The notes below the pieces were generated by a model. The model did not search any database. It worked only from the letters and a program-made list of their open reading frames with translations, and was not told the DNA's origin. Both the position numbers and the translations under genes were made by a program. Positions 24,869 through 33,403 of a DNA stretch of 62,314 bases are shown one piece after another. Numbering within the stretch: position 1 is the stretch's first letter; each line of letters begins with the position of its first letter. The DNA lies in the NCBI GenBank assembly GCA_902775595.1, contig CACYNF010000003.1:1-62314 (forward strand), read 5' to 3'. The stretch is from an uncultured bacterium (GTDB lineage: Bacteria; Verrucomicrobiota; Kiritimatiellia; RFP12; UBA1067).

Positions 24869-25012
24869 AGACAGGATTTACAAGATTTACAAGATTTTTT
24901 AAGCAGGTAGGGCAGGAGATGCAGGAGAATATCTGGGGTTTTACCCCAGACCCCAAACTCCTGTTTCTCCTGTTCTCCATGCTAAAATCCTGTTAATCCT
25001 GTCAATCCTGTC
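24869..25012. repeat. About 145-bp imperfect palindrome built from tandem 8-9-mers (element X1)
   Basis: Left arm gacaggatt-tacaagatt-tacaagatt...gcaggag-atgcaggag. Centre CTGGGGT-ttt-ACCCCAG (24933..24949). Right arm ctcctgtttctcctgttctcc...aatcctgtt-aatcctgtc-aatcctgtc. T-run on the left, A-run on the right. It fills the pfk-purH spacer. Confidence 0.8.
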
Positions 25013-25018
25013 AAAAAC

Positions 25019-26389
25019 TTAAGGGGCAAACGCGTCGCCTGCGAAGAGGTTGCGCGGAACGCCGTTGAAGTAGAACTCCTGGCCCGTCGCGTCGAGGACG
25101 CTGCGCCAGGACTGGCCGTCGGTGTCGAGCTTCTGGCGCTCGATCGTCGCAAGCGCGATCGGCACGAGCGCGAAGCTCTCGCCGATGTTGCCCACGACGC
25201 AGTCGGTGCGCCCCGCCATCGCAGCGTGGACGGCCGCGCGCGCGAGCTCGTAGCAGCGAATCGCGTCGGTGCCCTTCGCGGGGCAGCTGCGGATGATGTA
25301 GCTCGGGTCGATGTACTTGACGCTCGCGTCGAAGCCCTTCTCCTTGAAGTGCCGCGAGATGCGCCTCTTCAAAAACTCTCCGATGTCCTTCTTGAGTATG
25401 TTGCCGCTCGCGTCACGCTCCTCGGCGCCTTCCAGAAGCTCCTGCCCTGCGCCCTCGGCCACGACGATGACGGCGTGTGACTTGCCGGCGGCGAAGCGGC
25501 GCTCGAGCGCCCTCAGAAGCCCGCGCTCGCCGTCGAGCTCGAACTTGACCTCCGGAACAAGGCAGAAGTTGACGACAGGGTTCGCCACCGTCGCGGACGC
25601 CGCGATGAAGCCGGAGTCGCGCCCCATGAGCTTCACGAGGCCGATGCCGTGGGGCGTTCCCTTCGCCTCGACGTGCGCGCTCCTTATGACCTCCGCGGCT
25701 TCGGCGACCGCGCTTTCGAAACCGAAGCTGCGGCCTACGAACATCAGGTCGTTGTCAATCGTCTTCGGGATGCCGACGACGGAGATCTTGAGCCCGCGCT
25801 TCAGCACTTCCGCCGCGATGTCGCTCGCGCAGCGCAAGGAGCCGTCGCCGCCGATGCAGAAGAGGACGTTGATGTTCATCCTCTCGAGCGTGTCGACCAT
25901 CACGTCGGCCGGCTGCTGGCCTCGGCTCGAGCCGAGGACCGTGCCGCCCGCCTCGTGGATCGTGTCCACGGCATCGGGGTTGAGGAGCATCGGCTCGTAG
26001 CCGTACTTCGGGTTTAGACCCGCGTAGCCGTAGCGTATGCCGTACACCTTCTTGACGCCATAGTCGAACTCGAGGATTTCGACGAGACTCTTTATGACTG
26101 TGTTGAGCCCTGGGCATAGACCGCCCGCCGTCACGATGCCGACGCGCGTCCAGCTCGGATCGTGGAAGATCTTCTCCTTGGGGCCCGCCTTCTCGAACGT
26201 CGGCAGGTGCCCGAGCTTCGTCTCGGCGAAGCGCGCATACGACTCGCTTTCCGTGGCGAAGACGCGCTCTCCGTCGGCGACGTACTTGCGGTGACGGACA
26301 GGCGACGGCAGCTTGCATGGCCCGAGCGTCTTTACGGTGCAGACGAACTTCTCGCGGTCGGACAGTATCTTGTCGAGTATGGCGGACAT
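25019..26389 (-). CDS. pfk: 6-phosphofructokinase (long, plant/PPi-related clade; phosphoryl donor not assignable)
   Basis: 456 aa. GIVTAGGLCPGLNTVIKS, FCIGGDGSLRCA, PKTIDNDL. Confidence 0.9.
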   Translation of the reverse strand: MSAILDKILSDREKFVCTVKTLGPCKLPSPVRHRKYVADGERVFATESESYARFAETKLGHLPTFEKAGPKEKIFHDPSWTRVGIVTAGGLCPGLNTVIKSLVEILEFDYGVKKVYGIRYGYAGLNPKYGYEPMLLNPDAVDTIHEAGGTVLGSSRGQQPADVMVDTLERMNINVLFCIGGDGSLRCASDIAAEVLKRGLKISVVGIPKTIDNDLMFVGRSFGFESAVAEAAEVIRSAHVEAKGTPHGIGLVKLMGRDSGFIAASATVANPVVNFCLVPEVKFELDGERGLLRALERRFAAGKSHAVIVVAEGAGQELLEGAEERDASGNILKKDIGEFLKRRISRHFKEKGFDASVKYIDPSYIIRSCPAKGTDAIRCYELARAAVHAAMAGRTDCVVGNIGESFALVPIALATIERQKLDTDGQSWRSVLDATGQEFYFNGVPRNLFAGDAFAP

Positions 26390-26392
26390 GGG

Positions 26393-27379
26393 CTACCTCT
26401 TTGACTTGAAATACTCTATCGTCTTCGCAAGGCCTTCCTTAAGCGGCACCTTCGGCTCCCAGCCGAGAAGCGCCTTTGCGAGCGTGATGTCGGGCTTGCG
26501 GCGCTTCGGGTCGTCTTCGGGCAATGGCTTGAAGACGATCTTCGACTTCGACTCGGGAAGCTGGCGCAGTGTCTCCTCGGCAAGTTCCTTGATCGTGTAC
26601 TCGCCAGGATTGCCGGTGTTGATGACGGGAACCGCCGGCGTGACGCGCCCCTTTGCCTTCTTTCCGCCGAAGAATGCCGCAATCTTCGCAGGCGAGAGAT
26701 CCATGTAGCGGCGAAACGCCTCGACGAGATCGTCGCAGTACTGGAACGAGCGTGTCTGCTTGCCGTCGCCGAAGAGCGTGATGTCCTTGTTCGCGAGCGC
26801 CTGCATGATGAAGTTGGAGATTACGCGCCCGTCCTTCGGGTGCATCTTCGGCCCGTAGGTGTTGAAGATGCGCACCATGCGTACGTCGACGCCATACTGC
26901 CTGCGGTAGTCGGCGCACAGAGTCTCTGCGACGCGCTTCCCCTCGTCGTAGCAGCTCCTCAGGCCTATCGTGTTGACGTTGCCCCAGTATTCCTCGACCT
27001 GCGGATGGACGAGCGGGTCGCCGTAGATTTCGCTCGTCGACGTGTGGAGCATGCGCGCTTTCGTCTTCAGCGCGAGCTCGAGCATGTTCATCGTGCCGAG
27101 CACCGAGCTCTTCGTCGTCTCGACGGGGTTCTTCTGGTAGTGGATTGGCGAAGCGGGGCAGGCGAGGTTGTAGATTTCGTCGAACTGCCCCCAGAACGGC
27201 TGCGTCACGTCGTGGAGGACGAACGAGAAGCGCTTGTCGCCCAAGAGCTCGTAGATGTTCTCCTTCGTTCCCGTGAAGAGGTTGTCGAGAGCCGTAACCT
27301 CGTAGCCGTCGGCGAGAAGCCGTTTGCAGAGATGGCTGCCGAGGAATCCCGCCCCTCCCGTTACCAGTGCCTTTTTCAT
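26393..27379 (-). CDS. uxs: UDP-glucuronate decarboxylase (UDP-xylose synthase)
   Basis: ORF 26393..27409 trimmed to ATG 27379, because the first ATG abuts the -10 box and AGGTGA precedes [17 protein letters not shown]; [10 protein letters not shown] (YxxxK). Confidence 0.88.
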   Translation of the reverse strand: MKKALVTGGAGFLGSHLCKRLLADGYEVTALDNLFTGTKENIYELLGDKRFSFVLHDVTQPFWGQFDEIYNLACPASPIHYQKNPVETTKSSVLGTMNMLELALKTKARMLHTSTSEIYGDPLVHPQVEEYWGNVNTIGLRSCYDEGKRVAETLCADYRRQYGVDVRMVRIFNTYGPKMHPKDGRVISNFIMQALANKDITLFGDGKQTRSFQYCDDLVEAFRRYMDLSPAKIAAFFGGKKAKGRVTPAVPVINTGNPGEYTIKELAEETLRQLPESKSKIVFKPLPEDDPKRRKPDITLAKALLGWEPKVPLKEGLAKTIEYFKSKR

Positions 27380-27409
27380 TTCACCTGTCCGTGTCCGTGT
27401 TTTGTTCAT

Positions 27410-27418
27410 ATTATACCA
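27410..27418 (-). promoter_or_regulatory. Extended -10 promoter of the uxs-pfk unit
   Basis: Sense strand TGGTATAAT, ending 30 nt before ATG 27379. Confidence 0.55.
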
Positions 27419-27484
27419 TAATCGCCGTCCGCCCTTCCGCCGTCCGCGCTCCGCGGGCCGCCTTCGCCGCCGCGCATTTCCGGG

Positions 27485-28000
27485 TCAGATGACATAGTGC
27501 CTCAGCTCGTTGCCGTCATAGTATCCGAACGAGCGGGAGGAACCGCCCTTCGGAAGCGACACGGACCCTGGGTTGAAGATGGTCATCCCGCATTCGAGCG
27601 TCTTGAGCTCCGGAATGTGCGTATGCCCGTGGACGAGAACGTCGGCGATGCCGATCGGCGGCAGCTTCCATTCGTTCCACAGATGGCCGTGCGTGAGGAA
27701 GAACTTCCTGTTCCCCGCGTCGAGCACCTGATAGTCGGCGGTAATCGGGAACTCGACCATCATCTGGTCGACTTCCGCGTCGCAGTTGCCGCGCACCGCT
27801 ATGATCTGGTCCTTGCGGGCGTTCAGCATCTCGGCGACCTTGACGGGGTCGTAGAAATTTGGCACGCCGTTGCGCGGCCCGTGGTAGAGCAAATCGCCAA
27901 GCAGCGCGATCCTGTCGTAGCCGAGGGCCGAGGCGGCCGCGAGCGCCGCGTCAAGCGCCGCCGGAACGCCGTGTATGTCGCTGATGAATACGATTCTCAT
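27485..28000 (-). CDS. YfcE/MJ0936-family metallophosphoesterase
   Basis: ORF 27485..28192 trimmed to ATG 28000 (the upstream part is Arg/Ser/Pro-rich). MRIVFISDIHG, GDLLYHG, GNCD, THGH, GHTH. Confidence 0.85.
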   Translation of the reverse strand: MRIVFISDIHGVPAALDAALAAASALGYDRIALLGDLLYHGPRNGVPNFYDPVKVAEMLNARKDQIIAVRGNCDAEVDQMMVEFPITADYQVLDAGNRKFFLTHGHLWNEWKLPPIGIADVLVHGHTHIPELKTLECGMTIFNPGSVSLPKGGSSRSFGYYDGNELRHYVI

Positions 28001-28025
28001 GACCCGGTGCCGCCAATCCGCGCGG

Positions 28026-28526
28026 CTACTGCGCCTCGTGGATCCTGTCGTTCGCCTTCGCGACCTTGGAGCGGAGCTCTTCCTTGTGCGCGCGGAACTT
28101 CTCGCGCAGCGCGGGATCGGCCGTTCCGAGTATCTGCACGGCGAGAAGCGCCGCGTTCGTGGGGCCTGCGGAACCGACGGCCACCGTCGCAACGGGGACT
28201 CCAGAAGGCATCTGCACCGTCGCGTAGAGCGCGTCGAGCCCGTTGAGGGCCCCGCCCGCGACTGGGACGCCGATCACCGGGAGCACCGTCGCCGCGGCGA
28301 GAACCCCGCCGAGATGCGCCGCTCCGCCAGCCGCCGCGATTATGACCTTGAGCCCACGCGATTCGGCGGTCTTCGAATACTCAATCGCCACGTCGGGCGT
28401 CCTGTGCGCGGATATGACGCGCGTCTCGTACGCGACGCCGAACCTGTCTAAGGTCTCGCACGCCTTCTTCACGAGCGGCCAGTCAGAGTCAGAACCCATG
28501 ACTATTCCAACGACTGCTTCTGCCAT
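28026..28526 (-). CDS. purE: N5-carboxyaminoimidazole ribonucleotide mutase
   Basis: 166 aa. [31 protein letters not shown]. Confidence 0.95.
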   Translation of the reverse strand: MAEAVVGIVMGSDSDWPLVKKACETLDRFGVAYETRVISAHRTPDVAIEYSKTAESRGLKVIIAAAGGAAHLGGVLAAATVLPVIGVPVAGGALNGLDALYATVQMPSGVPVATVAVGSAGPTNAALLAVQILGTADPALREKFRAHKEELRSKVAKANDRIHEAQ

Positions 28527-28569
28527 TTCCCGTCTCCTCTCATTTAATTTTTCAGCGGATTTAAGACCT

Positions 28570-29202
28570 TCATTTCATCGGCGCGGCCGGATTGCCGATG
28601 ACGGTGACGCCTGGATCGACGTCGACGAACACGACAGAGCCCGCGCCCACCACGGCCCCCGCCCCTATGCCGCGGCGCGGAACGACGACCGAGCCGGGGT
28701 ATACGACCGCGCCTTCGCCGACCTTCACGCCGCCGCCAATGGAGCACTGCGCGTAGACGTGCGAGAAGTCGCGCAGCTCCGAGTCGTGCCCAATCGAGCT
28801 CGAATGGAAGACGGACACATGCCTTCCCACGCAGACGTCCGCGGTAATCGAGACGTGCGGCGCGATGAAGGAACCCTCGCCGATCAGCACGTTCTGGCCT
28901 ATCGTCGCGGTGCGGTGGACTATGGAGACGAACTTCGCGCCCTTCGCCTCAAGCGCCTCTACGCACCTGCGGCGAGAGGCGATGCTGCCGAGCGCCGTGA
29001 CGAACACGTCGTACCTCCCGGGCTCATACGTATCGGGCGAGCCGACGATCGGCGGATATCCGGCGAAGCCGTCGAGGGCCGTCGGCTTCGCGTCGAGGAA
29101 CCCCTTGATCTCGAACGCGGTCCCGTAGCCGACGGCCTCGCGGGCGGCCGCGAACATCTCGCGCCCGAAGCCTCCCGCGCCGACTATCAGAAGCCGGTTC
29201 AC
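28570..29202 (-). CDS. NeuD/PglD-like hexapeptide-repeat sugar O-/N-acyltransferase
   Basis: Start set at GTG 29202..29200 ([15 protein letters not shown] Rossmann-like N-domain), overlapping the ACP stop as GTGA. Left-handed beta-helix repeats follow ([31 protein letters not shown]...). The upstream part of ORF 28570..29331 is low-complexity. Confidence 0.75.
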   Translation of the reverse strand: MNRLLIVGAGGFGREMFAAAREAVGYGTAFEIKGFLDAKPTALDGFAGYPPIVGSPDTYEPGRYDVFVTALGSIASRRRCVEALEAKGAKFVSIVHRTATIGQNVLIGEGSFIAPHVSITADVCVGRHVSVFHSSSIGHDSELRDFSHVYAQCSIGGGVKVGEGAVVYPGSVVVPRRGIGAGAVVGAGSVVFVDVDPGVTVIGNPAAPMK

Positions 29203-29426
29203 CGCTCCACCCCCGCCGCCGCCATGAGGTCGGCGACCGTGCGGCACTTCTCGAGGTCCGCCGCCGAAAGCTCCCTGCCGAAGCGCTGGTGGATCATGAC
29301 GCGCAGCGCGAACGCGGTGAGCGAGTCCCACAGCGGCCCCGCGCGGAAATCAGTTTCCGGCGCAACAGACGGAACTTCGAGTATTCCGGCCGCGCGTTCG
29401 AGAAATTCCTGTTCGACCTTCGTCAT
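29199..29426 (-). CDS. Acyl/peptidyl carrier protein
   Basis: 75 aa. GPLWDSLTAFALRVMI contains the DSL phosphopantetheine-attachment motif; four-helix-size protein. Confidence 0.7.
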   Translation of the reverse strand: MTKVEQEFLERAAGILEVPSVAPETDFRAGPLWDSLTAFALRVMIHQRFGRELSAADLEKCRTVADLMAAAGVER

Positions 29427-29434
29427 TTCTCAAT

Positions 29435-29443
29435 AGTATACCA
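29435..29443 (-). promoter_or_regulatory. Extended -10 promoter of the ACP/acyltransferase/purE/phosphoesterase unit; near-leaderless
   Basis: Sense strand TGGTATACT-attgagaa-ATG: 8 nt separate the -10 from ATG 29426. Confidence 0.45.
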
Positions 29444-29451
29444 TATTATCC

Positions 29452-30603
29452 TCACGCCTGGCCGAGAGTCGCCGAAGCGGGTGCATCGGGGATGCTGGCG
29501 AGCTTCGCGAGCTCGCGTGCCGGAACGGCCACGTTCTGGGCGCCCGGCTCCAGGCCGAGCTTGGCGAGCGCGAGGTGGTATTTCGACTGCGCGTCGTCGA
29601 GCGACTTCCCGACTTTCTCCAGGGCGACGAACGCGGCGTCCATGCGCTCGACGATCTGCTTCGCGCGCCGGGCGATCTCCTCCTGGTTGCGCGCGACCTC
29701 GACGCGGTCGATCGCCATCTTGAAGAGGAGGATGTAGCCGAAGAGCATCTGCGGCGTCGCGATCACGATTTTCTTCGCGTTTGCGTGCGCGACGAGCGAC
29801 GGATCCGCGTCGACCGCGGCGAAGTAGGTGGCCTCGCTCGGCATGAACATCACGACGACGTCCGAATATACCGCCTCGGCATCCCTGTCGGCGCGCTTCA
29901 TGAGCTCGGGATAGTTCCGCGCGGCAAGCGCGTCGACCTGCTGCCTCACGCGCTTCGCGTGCTCCTTCATGAGCCGCGAGGCGGTCTCGGCGTCGCCCTC
30001 CCGCGCCGCGTTCGTCGCGGCGATGAAGTCGACTATGTTCACCTTCGCGTCGATTAGCATCTTGCGGTGCGCGCCGTCGAAGACCGTCACGTCGGGAAGC
30101 CCGGCCTCGCGCGCGCCGGCCTGCTCGACGAAGTTCTCGCCGCGCCTAAGCCCCGCGTCTTCGAGCACCTTGGCGAGGATTCCCTCGCCCCAGTTGCCCT
30201 GGACCTTGCTGCCGCCCCGCAGCGCCGCGACGAACTCGTCCGCCTGGCGGCCGAGGGACTGGGCCTTGAGGCCCACCTCGTCAAGCTTCATCCTGAGGTT
30301 CTCGCCGAGGCGCACATTGGCCTCGCGCGCCTGCTCCGACGCCTGGCGGAGCTCGCCGAACTTCGCCGCGAGCTGGTCGAAGAGCGGCCGCACCTGCGCG
30401 GCGTTCTGCTCGGCAAGCGACTTTGCCTTGCCCTCCAGCGTCGCCGCCGCGAGAGAGGCGAATTCCGCGCGAAGCCCCTCGACGCTCCTGTCTGTCGCGC
30501 GGGCCTCGGCCTTAGCCGCGGCGACTGCGCCGCGCATCAAGGCGTACACGACCGCCGCCGCGACAAGCGCCGCGCACACGCCGGCCACAATTGCTGTCAT
30601 CAT
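29452..30603 (-). CDS. rmuC: DNA recombination protein RmuC
   Basis: N-terminal TM helix, long coiled-coil, GNWGEGILAKVLEDAGL and FMPSEATYFAA blocks. Start moved to ATG 30603 (MMTAIV...) because ATG 30627 lies 2 nt from the -10 box and AAGGAGG precedes 30603. 30627 remains possible. Confidence 0.85.
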   Translation of the reverse strand: MMTAIVAGVCAALVAAAVVYALMRGAVAAAKAEARATDRSVEGLRAEFASLAAATLEGKAKSLAEQNAAQVRPLFDQLAAKFGELRQASEQAREANVRLGENLRMKLDEVGLKAQSLGRQADEFVAALRGGSKVQGNWGEGILAKVLEDAGLRRGENFVEQAGAREAGLPDVTVFDGAHRKMLIDAKVNIVDFIAATNAAREGDAETASRLMKEHAKRVRQQVDALAARNYPELMKRADRDAEAVYSDVVVMFMPSEATYFAAVDADPSLVAHANAKKIVIATPQMLFGYILLFKMAIDRVEVARNQEEIARRAKQIVERMDAAFVALEKVGKSLDDAQSKYHLALAKLGLEPGAQNVAVPARELAKLASIPDAPASATLGQA

Positions 30604-30629
30604 CGTCTCACTGTCCTCCTTGTCCATAT

Positions 30630-30638
30630 ATTATACCA
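30630..30638 (-). promoter_or_regulatory. Extended -10 promoter of rmuC
   Basis: Sense strand TGGTATAAT, ending 26 nt before ATG 30603. Confidence 0.5.
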
Positions 30639-30658
30639 AACCTCCGCTCCCGCCGCGA

Positions 30659-30688
30659 TTGACGGGGCGGAAAACGATGCGCTATAAT
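30659..30688 (+). promoter_or_regulatory. Sigma70-type promoter of the pseudouridine synthase gene; implies a leaderless mRNA
   Basis: TTGACG (30659..30664), 18 nt, TATAAT (30683..30688), then 7 nt (accgggg) to ATG 30696. No Shine-Dalgarno is possible. Confidence 0.6.
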
Positions 30689-30695
30689 ACCGGGG

Positions 30696-31343
30696 ATGAA
30701 TCCGTCCGAGCTCGACATAATATACGAAGACGAGGCGATAGCCGTCGTGGACAAGCCGTCCGGGGTGATAGTCCACCCGGCGCCGGGACACGAGACGGGG
30801 GCTCTCACCGACGCGCTCGTCAGGCGCTTTCCCGGCATGGCGCGCGTAGGCTCGGCGGAGCGTCCCGGCGTGGTCCACCGCCTCGACATCGAGACGAGCG
30901 GCGTCATGGTCTTCGCGAAGACCCAGGGCGCGTACCTCGACCTCCGCCGCCAATTCGAATCACATAGAACAGTGGGCAAGACGTACCTCGCCGTCGTGCA
31001 CGGCAGCCCCAGGCCGAAGTCCGGCACGATAGACGAACCCGTGGGCCGCGAGCGCCAGAGCGCCGTCACGCACTGGGAAACGCTCGGCAGGCACGACGGG
31101 ATTTCCCTCGTCGAGTTCAAGATCGACACGGGGCGCATGCATCAGATACGCATACACGCCGCTTCCCTTGGCTGCCCCATTGTCGGAGACCGGCTCTACG
31201 GCAGCGCGGAGAAGGACCGGCGGATGAGGCGAAGGCCATCGCGCCTGCTGCTGCACGCAGTGGAGCTGTCGTTCCTCCACCCGGTCACGCACAGGCGCGT
31301 CACATTCGCCGCGCCCCCGCCGGACGACATCGTCTACGCCTGA
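30696..31343 (+). CDS. RluA-family pseudouridine synthase
   Basis: 215 aa. IIYEDEAIAVVDKPSGVIVHP; catalytic HRLDIETSGVMVFAKT; HQIRIH. Confidence 0.9.
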   Translation: MNPSELDIIYEDEAIAVVDKPSGVIVHPAPGHETGALTDALVRRFPGMARVGSAERPGVVHRLDIETSGVMVFAKTQGAYLDLRRQFESHRTVGKTYLAVVHGSPRPKSGTIDEPVGRERQSAVTHWETLGRHDGISLVEFKIDTGRMHQIRIHAASLGCPIVGDRLYGSAEKDRRMRRRPSRLLLHAVELSFLHPVTHRRVTFAAPPPDDIVYA

Positions 31344-31385
31344 CGGCGCGCGCCTCCGGGCAGACGGCGGCGACGCCGGCAGGGC

Positions 31386-32477
31386 TCACTTCCCGCCCTT
31401 GGGCCTGCGCGTAATGAGACCGTCGATGATGCGCCCTACTTCGGCCTTCGGCAGCTTTTCCGTGATGCGGACATGCGGCCCGTTCTCCGCATCGGGCGCC
31501 CATTCGTCGTCGCCCTTGTCGCCGACCATCCGGTACCTGCCGCGTTCGGCGTTGAAATACGGCTCGATTCCCCGCACCGCGGCGAGCACGGCCGTCTCGT
31601 CCCACGCCGAGCGCCCGCCCATGCCGAAGCCGCGGATAAGCCATCCGTGCGGGTCGCCGCGAATCTCGTCGCGCGACGGGATGTTCCCGGCGAACACGTC
31701 CTTCACAGGGCTGCGCTCCGCGTACATCTCCGCGACGGCACGGCCGGCGAAGCAGTCGCATCCGTACTGCCAGTCCGAGAACACGATCGGCGTTGGCCAG
31801 TTCTCGAGCGCGATGCGGGAAGATTCGCAGTCCCACATCGAATTGTACTCCTTGCCGTCCGGATAGCGGCACGCCATCGCGACCCACAGCTTCACCTTCC
31901 TGGCGACAAGCGCCCTGCCGTCAAGCGGAGAGATGTCGTCCGGCTTCGTCTCGAGGAGGCGGCGCAGGTTCGTGAGGAAGCCGACAGAGCAGATCGTCAC
32001 GCTGCCGTCGGGCTGCGCGGCAAGGACGCGGCGGTAGACTTCGTTCGCGTCCGGCGCGTCATCCGCATCGGCATAGCGGTACCAGCCCGGGTAGTCCGCG
32101 AGCAGCTTGCGGTACTTGTAGTGACCGCCGTCGCCACCGGCCTTCTCGCCGAGCGGCGAGGCGGGATCGACCTTTTCCTTCGCGCCCGGGAACGCGCCCA
32201 TGACGCCCATTCCCTTCGGCGACCCCACGGGAAGGTCTCCGCGCCCGTAATAGCTGTTGATGACCTGGACCGCGCCTACCGAGGCGTTGCCGCGCGTGGA
32301 GCTGACCGTCGCGAGGATCTCGCACTCTCCGGCGTCCGCGAGCGCATGGAGGCACGCGAGCGCACCGACGTCGTCGAAGTCGGTGATCATGTCTGTGTCG
32401 AAGATGATTTTCACGGGCGCAGCGCCGAGCGCGAGCGCAGCCACAGTCCCCAGAATCGCAACCGCAGATTTTTTCAT
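31386..32477 (-). CDS. Secreted/periplasmic inosine-uridine-preferring nucleoside hydrolase-like protein
   Basis: ORF 31386..32798 trimmed to ATG 32477 (MKKSAVAILGTVAALALGA signal). IIFDTDMITDFDDVGAL is the DxDxxxDD fingerprint. Confidence 0.75.
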   Translation of the reverse strand: MKKSAVAILGTVAALALGAAPVKIIFDTDMITDFDDVGALACLHALADAGECEILATVSSTRGNASVGAVQVINSYYGRGDLPVGSPKGMGVMGAFPGAKEKVDPASPLGEKAGGDGGHYKYRKLLADYPGWYRYADADDAPDANEVYRRVLAAQPDGSVTICSVGFLTNLRRLLETKPDDISPLDGRALVARKVKLWVAMACRYPDGKEYNSMWDCESSRIALENWPTPIVFSDWQYGCDCFAGRAVAEMYAERSPVKDVFAGNIPSRDEIRGDPHGWLIRGFGMGGRSAWDETAVLAAVRGIEPYFNAERGRYRMVGDKGDDEWAPDAENGPHVRITEKLPKAEVGRIIDGLITRRPKGGK

Positions 32478-32532
32478 GACGCAATGGCCTCCGAGCATCC
32501 TTCTTTTCGTTGCCGCCGTCGTTATAGACACC

Positions 32533-32541
32533 ATTATACCA
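32533..32541 (-). promoter_or_regulatory. Extended -10 promoter of the nucleoside hydrolase gene
   Basis: Sense strand TGGTATAAT, ending 55 nt before ATG 32477. Confidence 0.45.
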
Positions 32542-32563
32542 AATCCGCGGCACCTCCGCCGCG

Positions 32564-33403
32564 TCAGCAGTTGCCGGGGAGAACGTGCGGCAGGATGCGG
32601 CGGGCGCGGGAGACGAGGCGGTGGATCGTGGCGACCGGCGTTGGGTCCGCATCCGCCATCTGGAAGCGCGGAAAGAAGCGCGTGATGTGGAGCGGAATCT
32701 CCGGCGAGACGGCTGCAATGCGCTCGGCGATGGCGTCGATCGACTCGTCCGAATCGTTGCGCCCCGGTATCACGAGCGTCGTCACCTCGACATGACATCC
32801 GGCGCGATGGAGCATCTCAATCGTGCGGCAGACGGCGGCGAAGTTTCCGCCGGTCCAGTCGTAGAACTCCTGCGACGGACCCTTCAAGTCGATGTTCGCG
32901 GCGTCCATTAGCGGGGCGAGCTCCACGACGACCTCCGCCTCGGCGCAGCCATTTGAGACAAGGACGTTGCACATTCCGCGCCGGCGAACCTCAACCGCGC
33001 AGTCGCGCACGAACTCCCAACCGACAAGCGGCTCGTTGTAGGTGTAGGCAAGCCCTATGTTGCCGCGCTCGCGCCTAAGCCGCTCCGCAAGTTCGGCAAG
33101 CTCTGCCGGCGTCGTCGTCTGAAAGTCCGCGGCACTTTCGCCGCGCTGGGATATGGAGTCGTTCTGGCAGAACGGACAGCGCAGGTTGCATCCGTAGCTT
33201 CCGACGGAGAGGATGCACGAACCCGGACGAAAGAACGCAATCGGCTTCTTCTCTATCGGGTCGAGCGCGAGCGAGGTGATGCGTCCGTAGTTCCCCGCGA
33301 CTACGCGTCCTCCTTCCGCCCTCCGCGCGCGGCAGAACCCCGTCTCTCCCTCGTCCAGCCGGCAGTGCCGCGGGCAGACGGAACAGACCGTCCCCTCACT
33401 CAT
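32564..33403 (-). CDS. AmmeMemoRadiSam system radical SAM enzyme
   Basis: ORF 32564..33565 trimmed to ATG 33403 (MSEGTVCSVCPRHCRLDEGETGFCRAR N-terminal Cys cluster). CNLRCPFCQN is the CxxxCxxC radical-SAM motif. The start lies 2 nt after the stop of the Memo-AMMECR1 gene. Confidence 0.85.
   Translation of the reverse strand: MSEGTVCSVCPRHCRLDEGETGFCRARRAEGGRVVAGNYGRITSLALDPIEKKPIAFFRPGSCILSVGSYGCNLRCPFCQNDSISQRGESAADFQTTTPAELAELAERLRRERGNIGLAYTYNEPLVGWEFVRDCAVEVRRRGMCNVLVSNGCAEAEVVVELAPLMDAANIDLKGPSQEFYDWTGGNFAAVCRTIEMLHRAGCHVEVTTLVIPGRNDSDESIDAIAERIAAVSPEIPLHITRFFPRFQMADADPTPVATIHRLVSRARRILPHVLPGNC

Noticed and set aside
24835-25018. ZTP (pfl) or purine riboswitch upstream of purH.
   Set aside because: The spacer consists only of the repeat-built X1 hairpin. 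No GGGTCGTGAC/CCGCCTGGGC-like ZTP elements or purine-riboswitch junction motifs are visible.
27409-28192. N-terminal extensions of track ORFs. Examples: 26393..27409, 27485..28192, 28570..29331, 31386..32798, 32564..33565, 37549..39762, 49765..51480, 57242..58282, 58150..59013.
   Set aside because: The extensions are Arg/Pro/Ser-rich and overlap upstream genes or promoter boxes. Internal ATG or GTG codons give canonical family N-termini or signal peptides, often with ATGA/GTGA coupling to the preceding stop.
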